This document shows, piece after piece, positions 1 through 13,283 of a stretch of DNA of 64,000 nt (positions are counted from its first letter, which is position 1; every line of letters starts with the position of its first letter). The position numbers and the translations under genes are program-made. Source of the DNA: Octopus sinensis (Eukaryota). The stretch spans positions 34,224,001 to 34,288,000 of the forward strand of contig NC_042998.1 in NCBI RefSeq assembly GCF_006345805.1, in the 5' to 3' direction. The notes under the pieces were generated by a model. The model saw only the letters and a list, made by a program, of their open reading frames with translations. It had not been told where the DNA came from and did no database searches.

Positions 1-297
1 ACACCATCCGAGCGTGGCCGTCTGCCAGCCTCGTCTGGCACCTGTGTCGGTGGCACATAAAAACACCATCCGAGCGTGGCCGTTCGCCAGCCTCGTCTGG
101 CACCTGTGTCGTGTGGCACATAAAATCACCCACTACACTCTCGGAGTGGTTGGCGTTAGGAAGGGCATCCAGCTGTAGAAACACTGCCAGATCTGACTGG
201 CCTGGTGCAGCCTTCGGGCTCCCCAGACCCCAGTTGAACCGTCCAACCCATGCTAGCATGGAAAACGGACGCTAAATGATGATGATGATGATGATGA
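1..297 (+). mobile_element. 3' UTR fragment of RTE-clade LINE (family C): ~60-bp tandem units, AGGAAGGGCATCCAGC module, (GAT)n tail
   Basis: Nearly identical to 53580-53845, which is contiguous with an RTE ORF2 C-terminus; ends CATGCTAGCATGGAAAACGGACGCTAAA(TGA)n. Confidence 0.85.
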
Positions 298-591
298 GAA
301 CCACAGTATTTTAATAACAAAGAGACACCAAGGTGGAGAGTTTCACTTATTAATTAATAATAATCTTTAATTAATAATAACTATTAACATTTATCATTAT
401 GCCTGCTTTTCAGTTGATTTAGCAAAATTCTGTGAATCCTGCATTAAGTACTCATTGCTAGGTGGTTGTCACTTGTGGGTTGTCACTTGTGGTAATTGCT
501 GCTGTTGTTGTTGTTGTTGTTGTATTGGTCAATGAAAATGTATTTCTAGGGCTGCATGAAGAAATAACCGACAACACTCAAACAATTATTC

Positions 592-930
592 TTTTATTCT
601 TTTATTTGTTTCACTCATTTGACTGTGGCCATGCTGGAGCACCGCCCTTAGTCAAACCAATCTTTGTAAGCCTAGTACTTATTCTATCGGTCTCTTTTTC
701 CAAACCACTAAGTTACAACAATGTAAACACACCACCATCAGTTATCAAGCGATGGTGGGGGAACAAACACACACATATACGATAAGCTTCTAATCCACTC
801 ACAAGGCTTTGGTTTGGTTGGCCTGAGGCTATAGCAGAAGACACATCCCCAAGGTGCTGCACCATGGGACTGAACCCAGAACCATGTATTTGGCAAGCAA
901 GCTACTTACCACACAGCCACTCCTGTGCCT
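592..930 (-). mobile_element. tRNA-derived SINE family A (degenerate copy)
   Basis: Reverse complement of the family seen intact at 34584-34997. Confidence 0.8.
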
Positions 931-1139
931 GTATACATATATATATATATGATGGGCTTCTTTCAGTTTTCATCTACCAAATACACTGACAAAGCTTTGG
1001 TTGGCCTGAGGCTATAGTAGAAGACACTTGCCCAAGGTGCCACACAGTAGTACTGAACCTGGGACCATGTGTTTGGTAAGCAAGTTACTTACTACACAGC
1101 AACTCCTGTGCCTATAACCACTCCTAATTAACAGAAGAT

Positions 1140-1464
1140 TTTGATCCCTCTGCCGGTGGCACGTAAAAAGCACCATCCGAACGTAACTGATGCCAGTGCC
1201 GCCTTGACTGGCTTCTGTGCCGGTAGCACGTAAAAAACACCAACCGATCGTGACCGTTGCCAGCCCCGCCTGGCCCGTAAAAAGCACCCACTACACTCAC
1301 GGAGTGGTTGGCATTAGGAAGGGCATCATGCTGTAGAAACACTGCCAGATCAGACTGGAGCCTGGTGCAGCCTTCTGGCTTCCCAGACCCCGGTCGAACC
1401 ATCCAACCCATGCTAGCATGGAAAATGGACATTAAACAATGATGATGATGATGATGATGATGAT
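1140..1464 (+). mobile_element. RTE 3' UTR-type element (family C)
   Basis: Same modules as 1-297 and 53230-53845; (GAT)n tail at 1440-1464. Confidence 0.8.
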
Positions 1465-2402
1465 GTTGAAAATGTTGGTCTTTTATGAATATAGCAGTAA
1501 TAATTATATACAGAGAGTGACACGCTGCTTGGCGCCTACTACAAATTAACTGATATAGCAGAGTGTGGCTGACCCATCACAAATGGAAAATTATTGTGCT
1601 GTAACCGTAGCATCAGAGATTCCTGCTGACTAACTACCATCTGTTCTAATCGGTTGGTTGTGTCAAGAATGGAGATGATGTGTGGCAGTCTCGATATTCT
1701 GTGATTTTTGCCAAAATCCATCTTTTTTTATATTAGGGCACAAGAAAAAAATTCTAGGAAATCAAATCATGTGATGTCTTGGAGCTGATTGGTTACTTAA
1801 TTGACCAATCACGTGTAACATGCTGTGGTTTGACTATGACATCTGATTAGCTGTCCAGTGGTTTGCTTTTGAATCACCACTACACACCCAGAAATAAATT
1901 GGCTGAGTGGGTAGGGTAATTGACCTCCAGTTCTTTTGTTTTGAGTTCAGTTCTGTTGCAAGCTTTTCAGTTTTTTTTTCCCCACCTTTGTAGAGGAAAC
2001 AATTGTACCACCTGATAGAAAAACCTAACGATTCTTCTTGGTAAAAAAATCACCTGTAATAAATATCTTTTTATTCAAAGGAGATGTATTTTCCACCAGT
2101 TTAATGCCCATTAAGCACAAGCTCTTGTCAAATGGTTCTCTTGCAAAGATTTATCATTTCCATGGCTGAGAGACCATTTACTACATATATGATCGAAATT
2201 CTCTTGCTACAGTGATTATGTTCTGTCTCTTAGGAAGATACAAAATTCTTCTCGCATCATTATGCTTTGTTAATGACAGGTTCTACCCTTACCTGTAAGG
2301 AAGATCTCAAAGTAAAAAAAACAAAAACAATCATTGCACCAATTCTAGAATAAAAAAAAATAGATGCAGAACTATCAAAGAAAGAATGAGTAAAAGAAAT
2401 AT

Positions 2403-2915
2403 ATCATCATCATCATCGTTTAACGTCCGCTTTTCATGCTGCCATGGGTTGGACGGTTTGACTGAGGTCTGGAGAGCCAGAAGGCTGCACCAGGCTCCAA
2501 TCTGATTTGGCAAAGTTTCTACAGCTGGATGCCCTTCTTAATGCCAACCACTCCAAGAGTGTAGTAGGTGCTTTTTATGTGCCACTGGCATGAGAGCCAG
2601 TCAGCCAGTACTGGCAACGACCATGCTTAAAAGGTGTTTTTTACATGCCACCTGCATAGGAGCCAGTTGAGCGGCACTGGCAATGACCACGCTCAAATGT
2701 TGTTTTTCACGTGCCACCAGCACATGTGCCAGTAAGATGATGCTGGCAATGATCACGCTCGAATGGTGCTATTTATGTGCCACTGGCACGGGAGCTAGTC
2801 AGCAGCCCTGGCAATGATCACGCTCAGATGGTGCTTTTAACGTTCCACTGGCTCGAGTGCCAATCAGGCGGTACTGTCATCGGCCACGTCAGCAATTTTG
2901 ATTTCACTTTCCCCA
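2403..2915 (-). mobile_element. RTE 3' UTR-type element (family C), older copy with ~5 degraded 60-bp units
   Basis: (CAT)n then CGTTTAACGTCCGCTTTTCATGC, CAGCTGGATGCCCTTC and repeated GTGCCAC/GGCAATGA(T/C)CACGCTC units. Confidence 0.8.
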
Positions 2916-3769
2916 ACAGGTCTTTGCAATCAAAGTTTATCGTCCAATGAATTAAATCTCTGAGCATGAAATCCAATATTACAGAGTTGGCAAAAATGGT
3001 TAGGATCAGTTTTTTCTGTCTGTGTTTTGAGTTTGAATTCCACAGTTATTGCATTAATTTAAGAGCTTTCTTTGAAGTAAAATAAGTACCAATAATGTTT
3101 GAATTGGCTGACTTTACATCGTTCCTACAAAATATGGGTTTCTGCCCAAAGATGGCCAAAAGATTTTTGAAAATCCATAGAATTCTTTAGAGAATACTCA
3201 AAATTGTTTAATTTATATGTACTGGTTGCTGTTATTATCTACCTTCAGGTTAGACCTGATTGAACAGATTTATAATGAAGGATGTTCCATTTATGACCAT
3301 CTCATCTAAATTTACATTGTCCTGTGTGTTCTTCCTTTCTTAAGTCTGTAGGTTGTGATTTGAGGTATTCAGGCTGTTATTTCTAACATGTCAAATGCCT
3401 TTGTAGAAACAACATCCATTTTCCATCCTGGCATGGGTTAGACTGTTTGACAGGAGCTGGCAAGCTGAAGAGCTGCAACAGGACCCAGTTGTCTATTTTG
3501 GCAGGGGTCTCTACAGCTGCACGCTCTTCTTGATGCCCACTACTTTACAAACATATTTGTTTTCGATTATTTTTTTCAATTTGTTACTACTGTTACATTT
3601 CTCATCATTGTTGTTGCAGTTCCAAATTTTTATCAGACCAGATAAAGAATTAACCAATAACAACAACAGAAGATAGAAAGAAAAAAAGAAAGAAACAAAA
3701 AAGAATAGCAAACTGCAACATTACAAAACAATGGTTTTGGCAGAGTGGCACTGGTGATGCGCAGTTTAA

Positions 3770-3995
3770 CCCTTAAGCATTCAGATTCCTTCTCTGCCAA
3801 ATGCAATCCTTCTTTATTCAGTGTTTTGAATTAATCAAGCATTATGTCATAGCTTTGAGATTTCAATTAAGTGGGGCTTTTTTTTATCTTTAAAATGACA
3901 TTGTAGGATGGGTGTAAGAGGCCAGATATAGCTGCTTTGAACACAAAACAGGTAGAATCTTTGGGTCAGATATGGTCAGCTTAAATGCTAAAGGG
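3770..3995. mobile_element. piggyBac-like MITE
   Basis: TTAA|CCCTTAAGCATT...AATGCTAAAGGG termini; homologous copy at 56817-57035 ends in GGG|TTAA. Confidence 0.65.
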
Positions 3996-4059
3996 TTTGT
4001 GTAGAAGAAAAATGGTAATACAAAAATTTCTTGCTTCAACCAGAATTTGTAATATTAAT

Positions 4060-4363
4060 CCTAATCACATGGTTCTGGGTTCAGTCCCACTATGTGGTAC
4101 CTTGGGTAAGTGTCCTCTGCTATAGTTTCAGGCCGACCAAAGTCTTGTCAGTGGATATAGTAGATGGAAACTGAAAGAAGCTTATCATACATGTGTGTGT
4201 ATGTGTCTTTGTGTGTGTATGTGTGTATGTATGTGTGTCTATGTCTTTGAGTGTGTGTATATGTATGTGTGTCTATGTCTTTGTGTATGTGTGTGTATAT
4301 CTGAGTGTGTGTGTACCTGTCTGTGTATGTGTGTGTGATGTGTACGTGTGTATGTGTCTGTGT

Positions 4364-4399
<36 letters not shown>

Positions 4400-4580
4400 A
4401 TGTGTTTTTATCTGTGTTTGCCCCTTACCACCACCCAACAACCAGTGTTAGTGTGTTTACGTTCCTGTGACTTAGCAGTTCAGCAGAAGACTGATAGAAT
4501 TAGTACCAGGCTTTAATGAAAAATTAAGTTCTGGGGTGGATTCATTCAGTTAAAAATTCTTCAAAGCAGTGCCCCACGTA
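4060..4580 (+). mobile_element. SINE family A with expanded internal (TG)n compound microsatellite
   Basis: GGTTCAGTCCC B-box-like motif, GGTACCTTGGGTAAGTGTC core, family 3' half. Confidence 0.8.
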
Positions 4581-4754
4581 AACAAGTAAAACATTTTAAA
4601 TATATATATAGGCAGGTATGGATGTGTGGTAAGTAGCTTGCTTACCAATCACATGGTTCCAGGTTCAGTCCCACTGCATGGCACCTTGGACAAGTGACTT
4701 CTATTATAGCCCCAGACCGACCAGTCTTGTGAGTTAATATATACATATATATCT

Positions 4755-5309
4755 CTTTTACTCTTTTTACTCTTTTATAGTTTCAGTCATTTGACTGTGG
4801 CCATGATGGAGCACCACCTTTAATCGAGCAAATCGACCCCAGGACTTATTCTTTGTAAGCCTAGTACTTATTCTATCGCACACACACTCAAAGACATACA
4901 CACACACACACACACACAAAGACACACAAACACATACACACACAAAGACATACACATCACACATACATATATACACACATACACAGACAGGTACACACAC
5001 ACATACACACATACATACATATACTATCCGTAACTAAGTTACGGAGACATAAACACACCAGTATCGGTTGTCAAGTGATGTTGGAGGGACAAGCACAGAC
5101 ACGCAAACATACACACGCACACACACACACACTTATATATATATACATACGACGGCTTCTTTCAGTTTCCATCCAACAAATCCACTCACAAGGCTTTGGT
5201 CGGCCCGAGGCAATAGCAGAAGACATTGGCCCGAGGTGCTACGCAGTGGGACTGAACCCGGAACCATGTGGTTTGTAAGCAAGCTACTTACCACACAGCC
5301 ATTCCTATG

Positions 5310-5310
<1 letters not shown>
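4755..5310 (-). mobile_element. SINE family A interrupted by a ~140-bp (CA)-rich insertion at ~4880-5020
   Basis: Family sequence resumes on both sides of the insert. Confidence 0.8.
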
Positions 5311-5348
<38 letters not shown>

Positions 5349-6101
5349 CTCTCTCTTTGGGAGAGGCACAAGCACCTACACGCACATGTACACACACGGC
5401 AGTAACTTCCACCTACCGAATTCAATCACAAAGCTCCGGTCAGCTCGGGGCTATAGTGGAAGACACCTACCCAAAGTGCCACGCAGTGGGACTGAACCCG
5501 AAACCATGTAGCTAGGAAGCAAGCTCCCTAACCACACAGCCATATATACATATATATATATATATATGTATGTATGTATATGTATGTGTGTGTGTATATG
5601 TTTGTGTGTCTGTGTTTGTGCCACCAACCAATACTGGTGTGTTTACATCCCCGTAACTTAGCGGTTCGGCAAAAGAGATCAGACAGAATAACTACTAGGC
5701 TTACAAAGAATAAGTCCTGGCGATCGATTTGTTCGACTAAAGGTGGTGGCTCCAGTATGGCGACAGTCAAAATACCTGAAACAAATAAAAGAATATATAA
5801 GAACAAAAAAATATGATAGAAAAAAAATTACAAATTAAAGCTTAAAATGCAAATTAGATAAACGAGAGAATAAAACAAATAACCAGAAAAGAAAAGAAAA
5901 TTTTTTTTTTAAATATTGGAAACGAGAGATGTTTTAGCGATGACATATGACAGATGGTATCAACTGGTGCTCAGTTACCGATTTGCAAATATAAAGAAAA
6001 ATATTTGGGGGAGAAAAATAAAAAATAAATGTATAAAAACAACAACAAATACAATAATAATAACACCAACTACAATCGCCTCAAAAACGGTTACAACAAA
6101 G

Positions 6102-6103
<2 letters not shown>

Positions 6104-6168
<65 letters not shown>
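6104..6168. repeat. (TTA)n microsatellite
   Basis: Direct reading; source of the poly-L and poly-N ORFs. Confidence 0.95.
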
Positions 6169-6519
6169 CATCTTTGTTGAAGAAGCTATGAGAAGCTAGC
6201 CTGGTGCTGCATCTTCGGAGAATATATTCCAAGTGCACTTGATGCACCATTAAATGCATGCAAGTAAAATCCAGTTTTTTTTTCCTTGCATCTTTTTTTT
6301 CATTTTTTTTGGTTGTGTTTTTCTTTTTTTCGTTAAAGTTGTAAGTTCTATTACATGCTTATTTGCACAAGTTTTTTTTTTTTGTATATATATATATATA
6401 TATATTTTTTTTTGAAGACTTCTAAAGCAGAGCATCTGCTGTGAGTGAGGAACATAGAAATGCAGGAGTGAACAAGATAAGGAATGGATACCTCGTTAAT
6501 TTTCAAGAATATCATCATG

Positions 6520-6553
6520 AACATGATGATGATGATGATGATGATGATGATTC

Positions 6554-6594
<41 letters not shown>

Positions 6595-6600
6595 GTGAAG
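6520..6600. repeat. (GAT)n microsatellite
   Basis: Direct reading; source of the poly-M and poly-I ORFs. Confidence 0.95.
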
Positions 6601-6867
6601 CTGATGACGATACTTGAGGTGTTAATAATGATGAGGAAGATGGATGAAGAGGAAGTGGTGTTGATGGTAGTGCTGGAGTGTAGATGAATGCTGGTGGTGG
6701 TATTGGTGGTGGCAGCTATGTTGGCAGTGTTGAGGATTAGCAATGATGGCGATGATGATAACGATGATGGTAATGGAGATTAAAATGGATAAGTCTTGAA
6801 CACCATACCATTCCTGTGGTTCGTATCGACTCCACAGGATGAGAAAAATGTTTGCAACAACTTCTTC

Positions 6868-7055
6868 TTTTACTTGTTTCAGTCATTTGACTGCGGCCAT
6901 GCTGGAGCACCGCCTTTAGACGAACAAATTGACCCCCAGGACGTATTCTTTGTAAGTCTAGTACTTATTCCATCGGGCTCTTTTGCCGAATCGCTAAGTT
7001 ACAGGGACGTAAACACACTAATATCGACACACATACATATATAAATATATATATA

Positions 7056-7097
<42 letters not shown>

Positions 7098-7109
7098 TAA
7101 TATATATAT

Positions 7110-7168
<59 letters not shown>

Positions 7169-7390
7169 GATAGATATATATACACATATATATATATATT
7201 ATATATATATATATATAGTTATATATATGATGGGCTTCTTTCAGTTTTCATCTGCCAAATCCACTTACAAGGCTTTGATCGGCCCAAGGCCATAGCAGGA
7301 GACACTTGCCTAAGGTGCCACAGAGTGGGACTGAACTCAGAACCATGTGGCTGGTAAGCAAGCTACTTACTACACAGCCAACCCTGCGCC
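6868..7390 (-). mobile_element. SINE family A with ~190-bp internal (TA)n
   Basis: Family 3' half at 6868-7030 and 5' half at 7225-7390. Confidence 0.8.
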
Positions 7391-7717
7391 TACTGTCTAC
7401 AATGCAAAATTATGTTGCTTTGTTTCTGGTTGTTGTAGGAGTCCTTCTTCTAAGGAGGTCAGCAGTCATTCCAGTTACCTATTTCCAGCATGGGCAGGTA
7501 ATGACAAAAAAATGAACGATGCACAACTTTGTAGAAGGCTAGCAAAAGAAATGAGTTTATTTCAAATTTATTAATGCAGATTGATCAGAGATCAAATTCA
7601 ATGCCAGCAGTGATTCTCAACTGGGGTCTACATGGTCATTATGGGGTTCTGTAATTAGGTTTTGTTGTTAAAATTTATGTGCAGTAAATTGGTTATTCTT
7701 CTACAATATACAAAATA

Positions 7718-8165
7718 TGAGTGGCTGTGTGGTAAGAAGCTTGCTTCCCAACCACATGGTTCTAGGTTCAGTCTCACTGTGTGGAACCTTGGGCAAGTAT
7801 CTTCTACTATAGTCTCAGGCCAACCAAAGCCTTATGAGAGGATTTGGTAAACAGAAACTGAAAGAAGCTCATTGTATGTATATATCTATATACACACATG
7901 CACACGCACACATTTATATATATGTATGTATGTAAGTATATATTTGTGTGTTTGTGTCTGTTTTTGTCCCCCTCCACCCTCACACCATCGCTTGACAACC
8001 AATGTTGGTGTGTTTATGTACCCATGACTTAGCATTTCAATAAAAGAGACCGATAGAACAAGTACTAGGCTTACAAAGAATAAGACCTGGAGTTGATTTT
8101 TTTTTGGCAATGCTCCAGCATGGCCACAGTCAAATTATTGAAACAAATCAAGAAATAAAAGAATA
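7718..8165 (+). mobile_element. SINE family A
   Basis: GAGTGGCTGTGTGGTAAG head through CCAGCATGGCCACAGTC tail. Confidence 0.8.
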
Positions 8166-8257
8166 AACGAATTCCTAATATTTAATTACAAAATTACAGT
8201 AGAATTTTAAAAATAAATATCGAACGGCTTTGGAAATGCAGTAGAATAAAATGAGGA

Positions 8258-8790
8258 TCAAAGAGTTCCATCATCGTCATCATCATCATCATCATCATCA
8301 TTTAACGTCCATTGTCCATGCTGTCATGGATTGGATGGTTTGGTCGGGGCTGGTAAGATAGAAGGCTGCACCAAACTCCAGTCGGACTTGGCATGGTTTT
8401 CTATGGCTGGATGCTCTTCCTAACATCAACCACTCTGAGAGTGTAAAGGGGGCTTTTACATGTCACTGGCACAGGTGCCATTTGTGTGACACTGGTATCT
8501 GCCACAACTGTCATTTTGCTTGGCTTGAAGGATATTTTTCCTAAGCATGACATAATGCCAACAGTCTCAGTCATTGCTTCCATGAGGTCCACCACACAAA
8601 AGGAACTCAGCCACTTTGCCTCCCTGACGCCCAACACTCAAAAGGAAGTTGGCCACTTTGCCTCACCAAGGCCCAACACTCAAAAGAAACTCAGCCACTT
8701 TGCCTCCTTGAGGCCCAACACACAAAAGGAACTCAGCCACTTTACCTCCCTGCGACCCAATGCTCGAAAAGAACTCCATAGGCAAAAAAT
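8258..8790 (-). mobile_element. RTE 3' UTR-type element variant with 42-bp tandem repeats (~4.5 copies, ~8585-8780)
   Basis: (CAT)n + TTTAACGTCC start; repeated AAAAGGAACTCAGCCACTTTGCCTC. Confidence 0.7.
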
Positions 8791-11698
8791 TGTTGAGTAC
8801 CACTGCATGCCAGTAAGTGCAATAATTTCAGCTCCAGCAGTGTATATTGAAATTGTTTATGTAAAGAGGAACAATATTTTCTAAAACAAACATTAACAAA
8901 TTACTAATACAAAGAACAATTATGTGATTTCAAACACACGTTCACACATGCATAATCTTATATGCATACGCACACTCATGCAGACATCCATACAGGCAGA
9001 AGTTCTCTGAATATCCCTCAATGTGATAGCAGGTATAAATCAAGGTAATACAGAAGCCTCTACATTGGTGATTCTCAAGTGTGACTCACAGGACAGTATG
9101 GGGCCCTCAAGCAAGTAAAATTTGGTAATTGAAAGAATAAAATATCGAATTTAACCTAAAATGGCATATAATAAGAAAGGCACAGCCTTATAAAAATAGT
9201 AGGGATGGATGTGAATTTTGTTCTATGGAGACATATGAAATTTTGAAACATAGGAATATTATAAACTTATTGAATAACTGTTTTGATCTAGGGGTATCCT
9301 GCATACATTGTGCCACCCATACTTTTAAGTATTTTAAATAATAACATTCTGACCATTCCTAAATTTTCAAATCTTAATATTTTGTAACCAAATAAGGAAT
9401 CAATATACCATACTAGCTTTTATTTAACCTGCATAAATTATTAAAAATTTTATAATATAAATAAATTTGAATAAAGTGAAATTAGAACTTTTTGATACTC
9501 TCCTATATGAGATTGCAAAACTTCTATATCTAGTGAGATTATTTAGTCCATCTTGATTACCTCCCTTCCATTACTTTTTAATATATCTTATAGACTCTTG
9601 ATATATGTGCTAATTGATAAGGTTTTGTTTTTTTTACAGTTAGTAAATATTATGTCTAGCATATTCTTTTAATTTAACTCATTAATAAAATAAATCATTA
9701 TTTACTAACTAACTATAATCTATATTAATAGAAATTGATATATTTATATTTATTTAAATATAAAATGATTTCTATATTTTCTATCTCTATATAAGATACT
9801 AAAATTTATTAGAATCCTTTGGAAAAAACTATCTAAAGGATGTGGAAAAATGATAAAAGTATTTGCATTGGGACATCCCTTTATCGAAAACCGGTGATTG
9901 TTGTACGCCGACGACAGGTCAATACCTAGAAACTGCAGTTCGTGCGTATCACTTAGGTTGACGAGGGAAGGATGACCTCCCTTTGCAAATACCATAAGGG
10001 CACAGAAAATGTGCCTAAAGCCAGCTGGAGACGATGTTCTCCTGGGGCTACAAGCTACAGTAACACCCACCCTTAGTGGTTAGCCATATTGAGATGGCAA
10101 GTATACCTCACATTATCTAAAGGATATTTATTTAAAATTTACAAGCAGAATTATGGCTGTTAAATGGTAAGGGACATTAGAAATCTCTAGAGCATTAGTA
10201 GTCTCTATTCTCCCTACCCCACTAACTTTTGCTATAATACATTGAAATATGCCTAAGTTAAATTCCTCAAAATGAGGATGGATTTATGGCTTTGACATTT
10301 GTACTACCCCTTCTTCTTTCTATAAATAGAAAAATTTCTTGTTTGTCTCCATTGAACCATATGAAGAAACCCCCTCCCCATTCATAGATCTAAATAACAA
10401 AGTGAACTCAGTGATAAAAAATCTACAGATGGAGAAGGACATTCTAATACCATGTTCCTAATGATGAAATTAGCCTCTCTGTCTATATATCTACCCTCTT
10501 TGTAATGTTGGCAAATGAAACAAGTATAAAAGTGAACATTGCCCATTTGATTAAAAAATTCTATATGTGACTGAAGATTGCTTGATATTTTAAAACTGAT
10601 GTAATACTTACAGTGTTTAATAAAATGAAGTAGCATGAAACGATTGAACTACACTACCTTGGATATCCTTGTTGCTTATTTTGATTATAATCACCTTGTT
10701 TGATTTATATGGATAATACCATACCAAATTCTGGTGCCTTTAACTTAAGTACCATATTCATCTGAATCTAAATTTTGCTGAACTTATATATATATATACT
10801 CTTTTACTTGTTTCAATGATTGGACAAATAAAGAAGGTAAATTTCATGTATCATATGTGAGCCTTGACCAGAACTATCAGTTATGCTTTACTTGTTTCAG
10901 TCATTAGACTGCGCCCATGCTGGGGCACCACCTTGAAGACTTTTTAGTCAAATGAATCAACCCCAGTACTTTTTTTTTTGTAAAGCCTATTGCTTATTCT
11001 ATCAATCTCTTTTGTCAAACCTCTAAGTTACGATGACATAAACACACCATAACAAATCCACACACAGGGCTTTGGTTAGCCCAAGGCTACAGTAAAAAGA
11101 CACTTGCCCCAAAGTGCCATGCAGTGGGACTGAACCTAGAACCATGTTGCTGAGAAACGTCACACAAATTTTAATTATTATGTTTCTTTGCTCTGTTTTG
11201 CATCCATGTTTTCATGTTTCTGTCATGTTGGATGTTTTTGCAAAATTTGAATGTCTGCATATTATTGGAGTAATTAATTTTACAAATGAATGACCTTTCG
11301 AATAATAACCAGTCAACAGCATAAGAGAAATGAAACTTGTTATCTGGCAGACACGGATGGTAATGTTTCTGGCTCAGAAGCACAAGAAATGACAGTAATC
11401 AGATCTAATAATGTGACTATGTAGTAATTAATTCACAAATATACTCTTTATGTCACTTTATTACTAAAAATCTCGCTCTTTAACAATTTATACTTGGAGT
11501 TTAGTTTTTCTTTCCTTATTCAGAAAAAAATAATAAATAAATGGCTAATTGCAAGTGTGCAGAATTTGTCAGTTGATTTAATTTTAGGGGTGAAAGGTTG
11601 TGTGGTAAGCAGCTTGCTTCCCAACCAAATGGTTCCAGGTTTTGTCCCTTATTGTGTGACCCCCTTCAGCAAGTGCCTTCTACTATAGCTGCAGGCTG

Positions 11699-12092
11699 AA
11701 ATTTCGAACCTGGGTTCTCATTCCTAAGGTAATTTTTTCGATGTTATTATTATTATTATTATTCAGGTCACTGCCTGGAATTAAACTCAGAATCTTGGGG
11801 TTAGTAGCTACTATGCCATATGCCATGGGCATAATAATATGCCATGGCATAATAATAACATAAAAAAATACCCCAGGAAAGAGAACCCAGGTTCGAAATT
11901 TCCCCAAGACACCTGATGAAGGCTGGAGGGTATATCAGCTGAAACATTGTGTTAACAACAAACAAGATGCTGAATGTAAATAATGTACATAATTCCTCAT
12001 CTCTTAAATATAGAACTGAACAATTTCTACAGTTTAGCCAAATGAACATAGAATGCACACTTAACATACCTGCTTTAATGAAATTTCCACAC
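11699..12092. mobile_element. tRNA-headed, hammerhead-containing repeat block (left arm of an inverted duplication)
   Basis: Reverse complement of ~12872-13233; tRNA-like head on - strand (partly deleted), hammerhead on + strand. Confidence 0.75.
11908..11953 (+). ncRNA. Type-I hammerhead ribozyme motif (minimal, Penelope-type)
   Basis: gacac-CUGAUGA-A-ggcug[gagggUauau]cagcu-GAAA-ca-UU-guguu; core intact, stem III palindrome ACGU decayed to ACAU. Confidence 0.75.
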
Positions 12093-12986
12093 TTTAATAT
12101 ACAACTCACATCTTGTGAGTAGATGGAAACTGAAAGAAGCTCATCGTATATTTATGTGCATGCGTGTGTGAGTGTGGGTGTGTTTGTGTCTGTGTTTGTA
12201 CCCTGTCACCCTTGACATCCAGTGTTGGTATGTTTATGTCCCCATAACTGAGTAGTTTGGCAAAAACAGACCAATAGAATAAGCACCAAGGGAAGAAAAC
12301 ATTTTCAAAATTTTAACCCACCCTCCTCAACCATCTTCCCATTTTAAATATATTGTTGTATACTGAGGTGTGGAAATTTCATTAAAGCAGGTATGTAAAG
12401 TGCACTTTCTATGTTCATTTGGCTACAACAATACATTTAAAATTGGGGGTGTAGGTTGAGGGGGAAATTTTTAAATTTTGTAAATTTTTGTTTTGCATAT
12501 TCATAATCTCTGACATGTAAAACCTAAGAATCCAAAGAAATTTTTTTCAAAACAGTGCATTTTCGAAGGTGAGTTGCGAAACTTGCATTAGCCTCTAATT
12601 TGTTTGCTTGCAATGGCATTAAAAACCTTGATACTAAATTTCCCACTTATAACACTTTTGATACTAAACTGCCTCAGAAACTCCATTGGTTCTGTAAAAT
12701 ACAATTCCAGTTTTAAAGAGATTTAACCCTTTAGGAATCAGATTATCCAGTCAAATACAATCATATTCTTTTAAATGAATCATGCATCAAAAATGTATTT
12801 TTTTAATAAAAATTTCTTTGGATTCCTAGACTTTAAATGTCGGAAATTACAAATATGCAAATTATATTATAGTGTGGAAATTTCATTAAAGCAGATATGT
12901 AAAGTGCACATTCTATGTTCATTTGGCTAAACTGTAGAAATTGTTCAGTTCTATATTTAAGAGATGAGGAATTATGTACATTATTT

Positions 12987-13030
12987 ACACAACGTTTTGG
13001 CTGATATACCTCCAGCCTTCATCAGGTGTC
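12987..13030 (-). ncRNA. Hammerhead motif, G12A-decayed copy
   Basis: Reverse complement: gacac-CUGAUGA-A-ggcug..cagcc-AAAA-cg-UU-gugu. Confidence 0.65.
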
Positions 13031-13237
13031 TTGGGGAAATTTTGAACATGGGTTCTCTTTCTTGAGGTATTTTTTTATGCTATTATTATGCCCACAGGCA
13101 TATGGCATAGTGGTTAAGAGCACGGACTACTAACCCAAAGATTCTGAGTTTGATTCCAGGCAGTGACCTGAATAATGATAATAATAACATCGAAAAATTA
13201 CCTTAGGAATGAGAACTCAGGTTCGAAATTTGCCCAA

Positions 13238-13283
13238 GACACCTGATAAAGGCTGGAGGGTATATCAGCCGAAACGTTGTGTT
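13238..13283 (+). ncRNA. Hammerhead motif, G8A-decayed copy
   Basis: gacac-CUGAUAA-A-ggcug..cagcc-GAAA-cg-UU-guguu. Confidence 0.65.

Noticed and set aside
7440-7497. Possible short exon (GTAG|GAGTCC...GGCAG|GTAATG); similar AG/GT-bounded candidates at 15289, 33029, 41459, 49736
   Set aside because: Splice-like signals are frequent in AT-rich DNA; peptides unrecognised and no consistent chain of phases could be built
13097-13168. Bona fide tRNA gene
   Set aside because: Acceptor stem does not pair, B-box is degenerate and it is embedded in a repeat; treated as a SINE-type head. The same applies to the heads at 14660, 24030, 40378 and 44730
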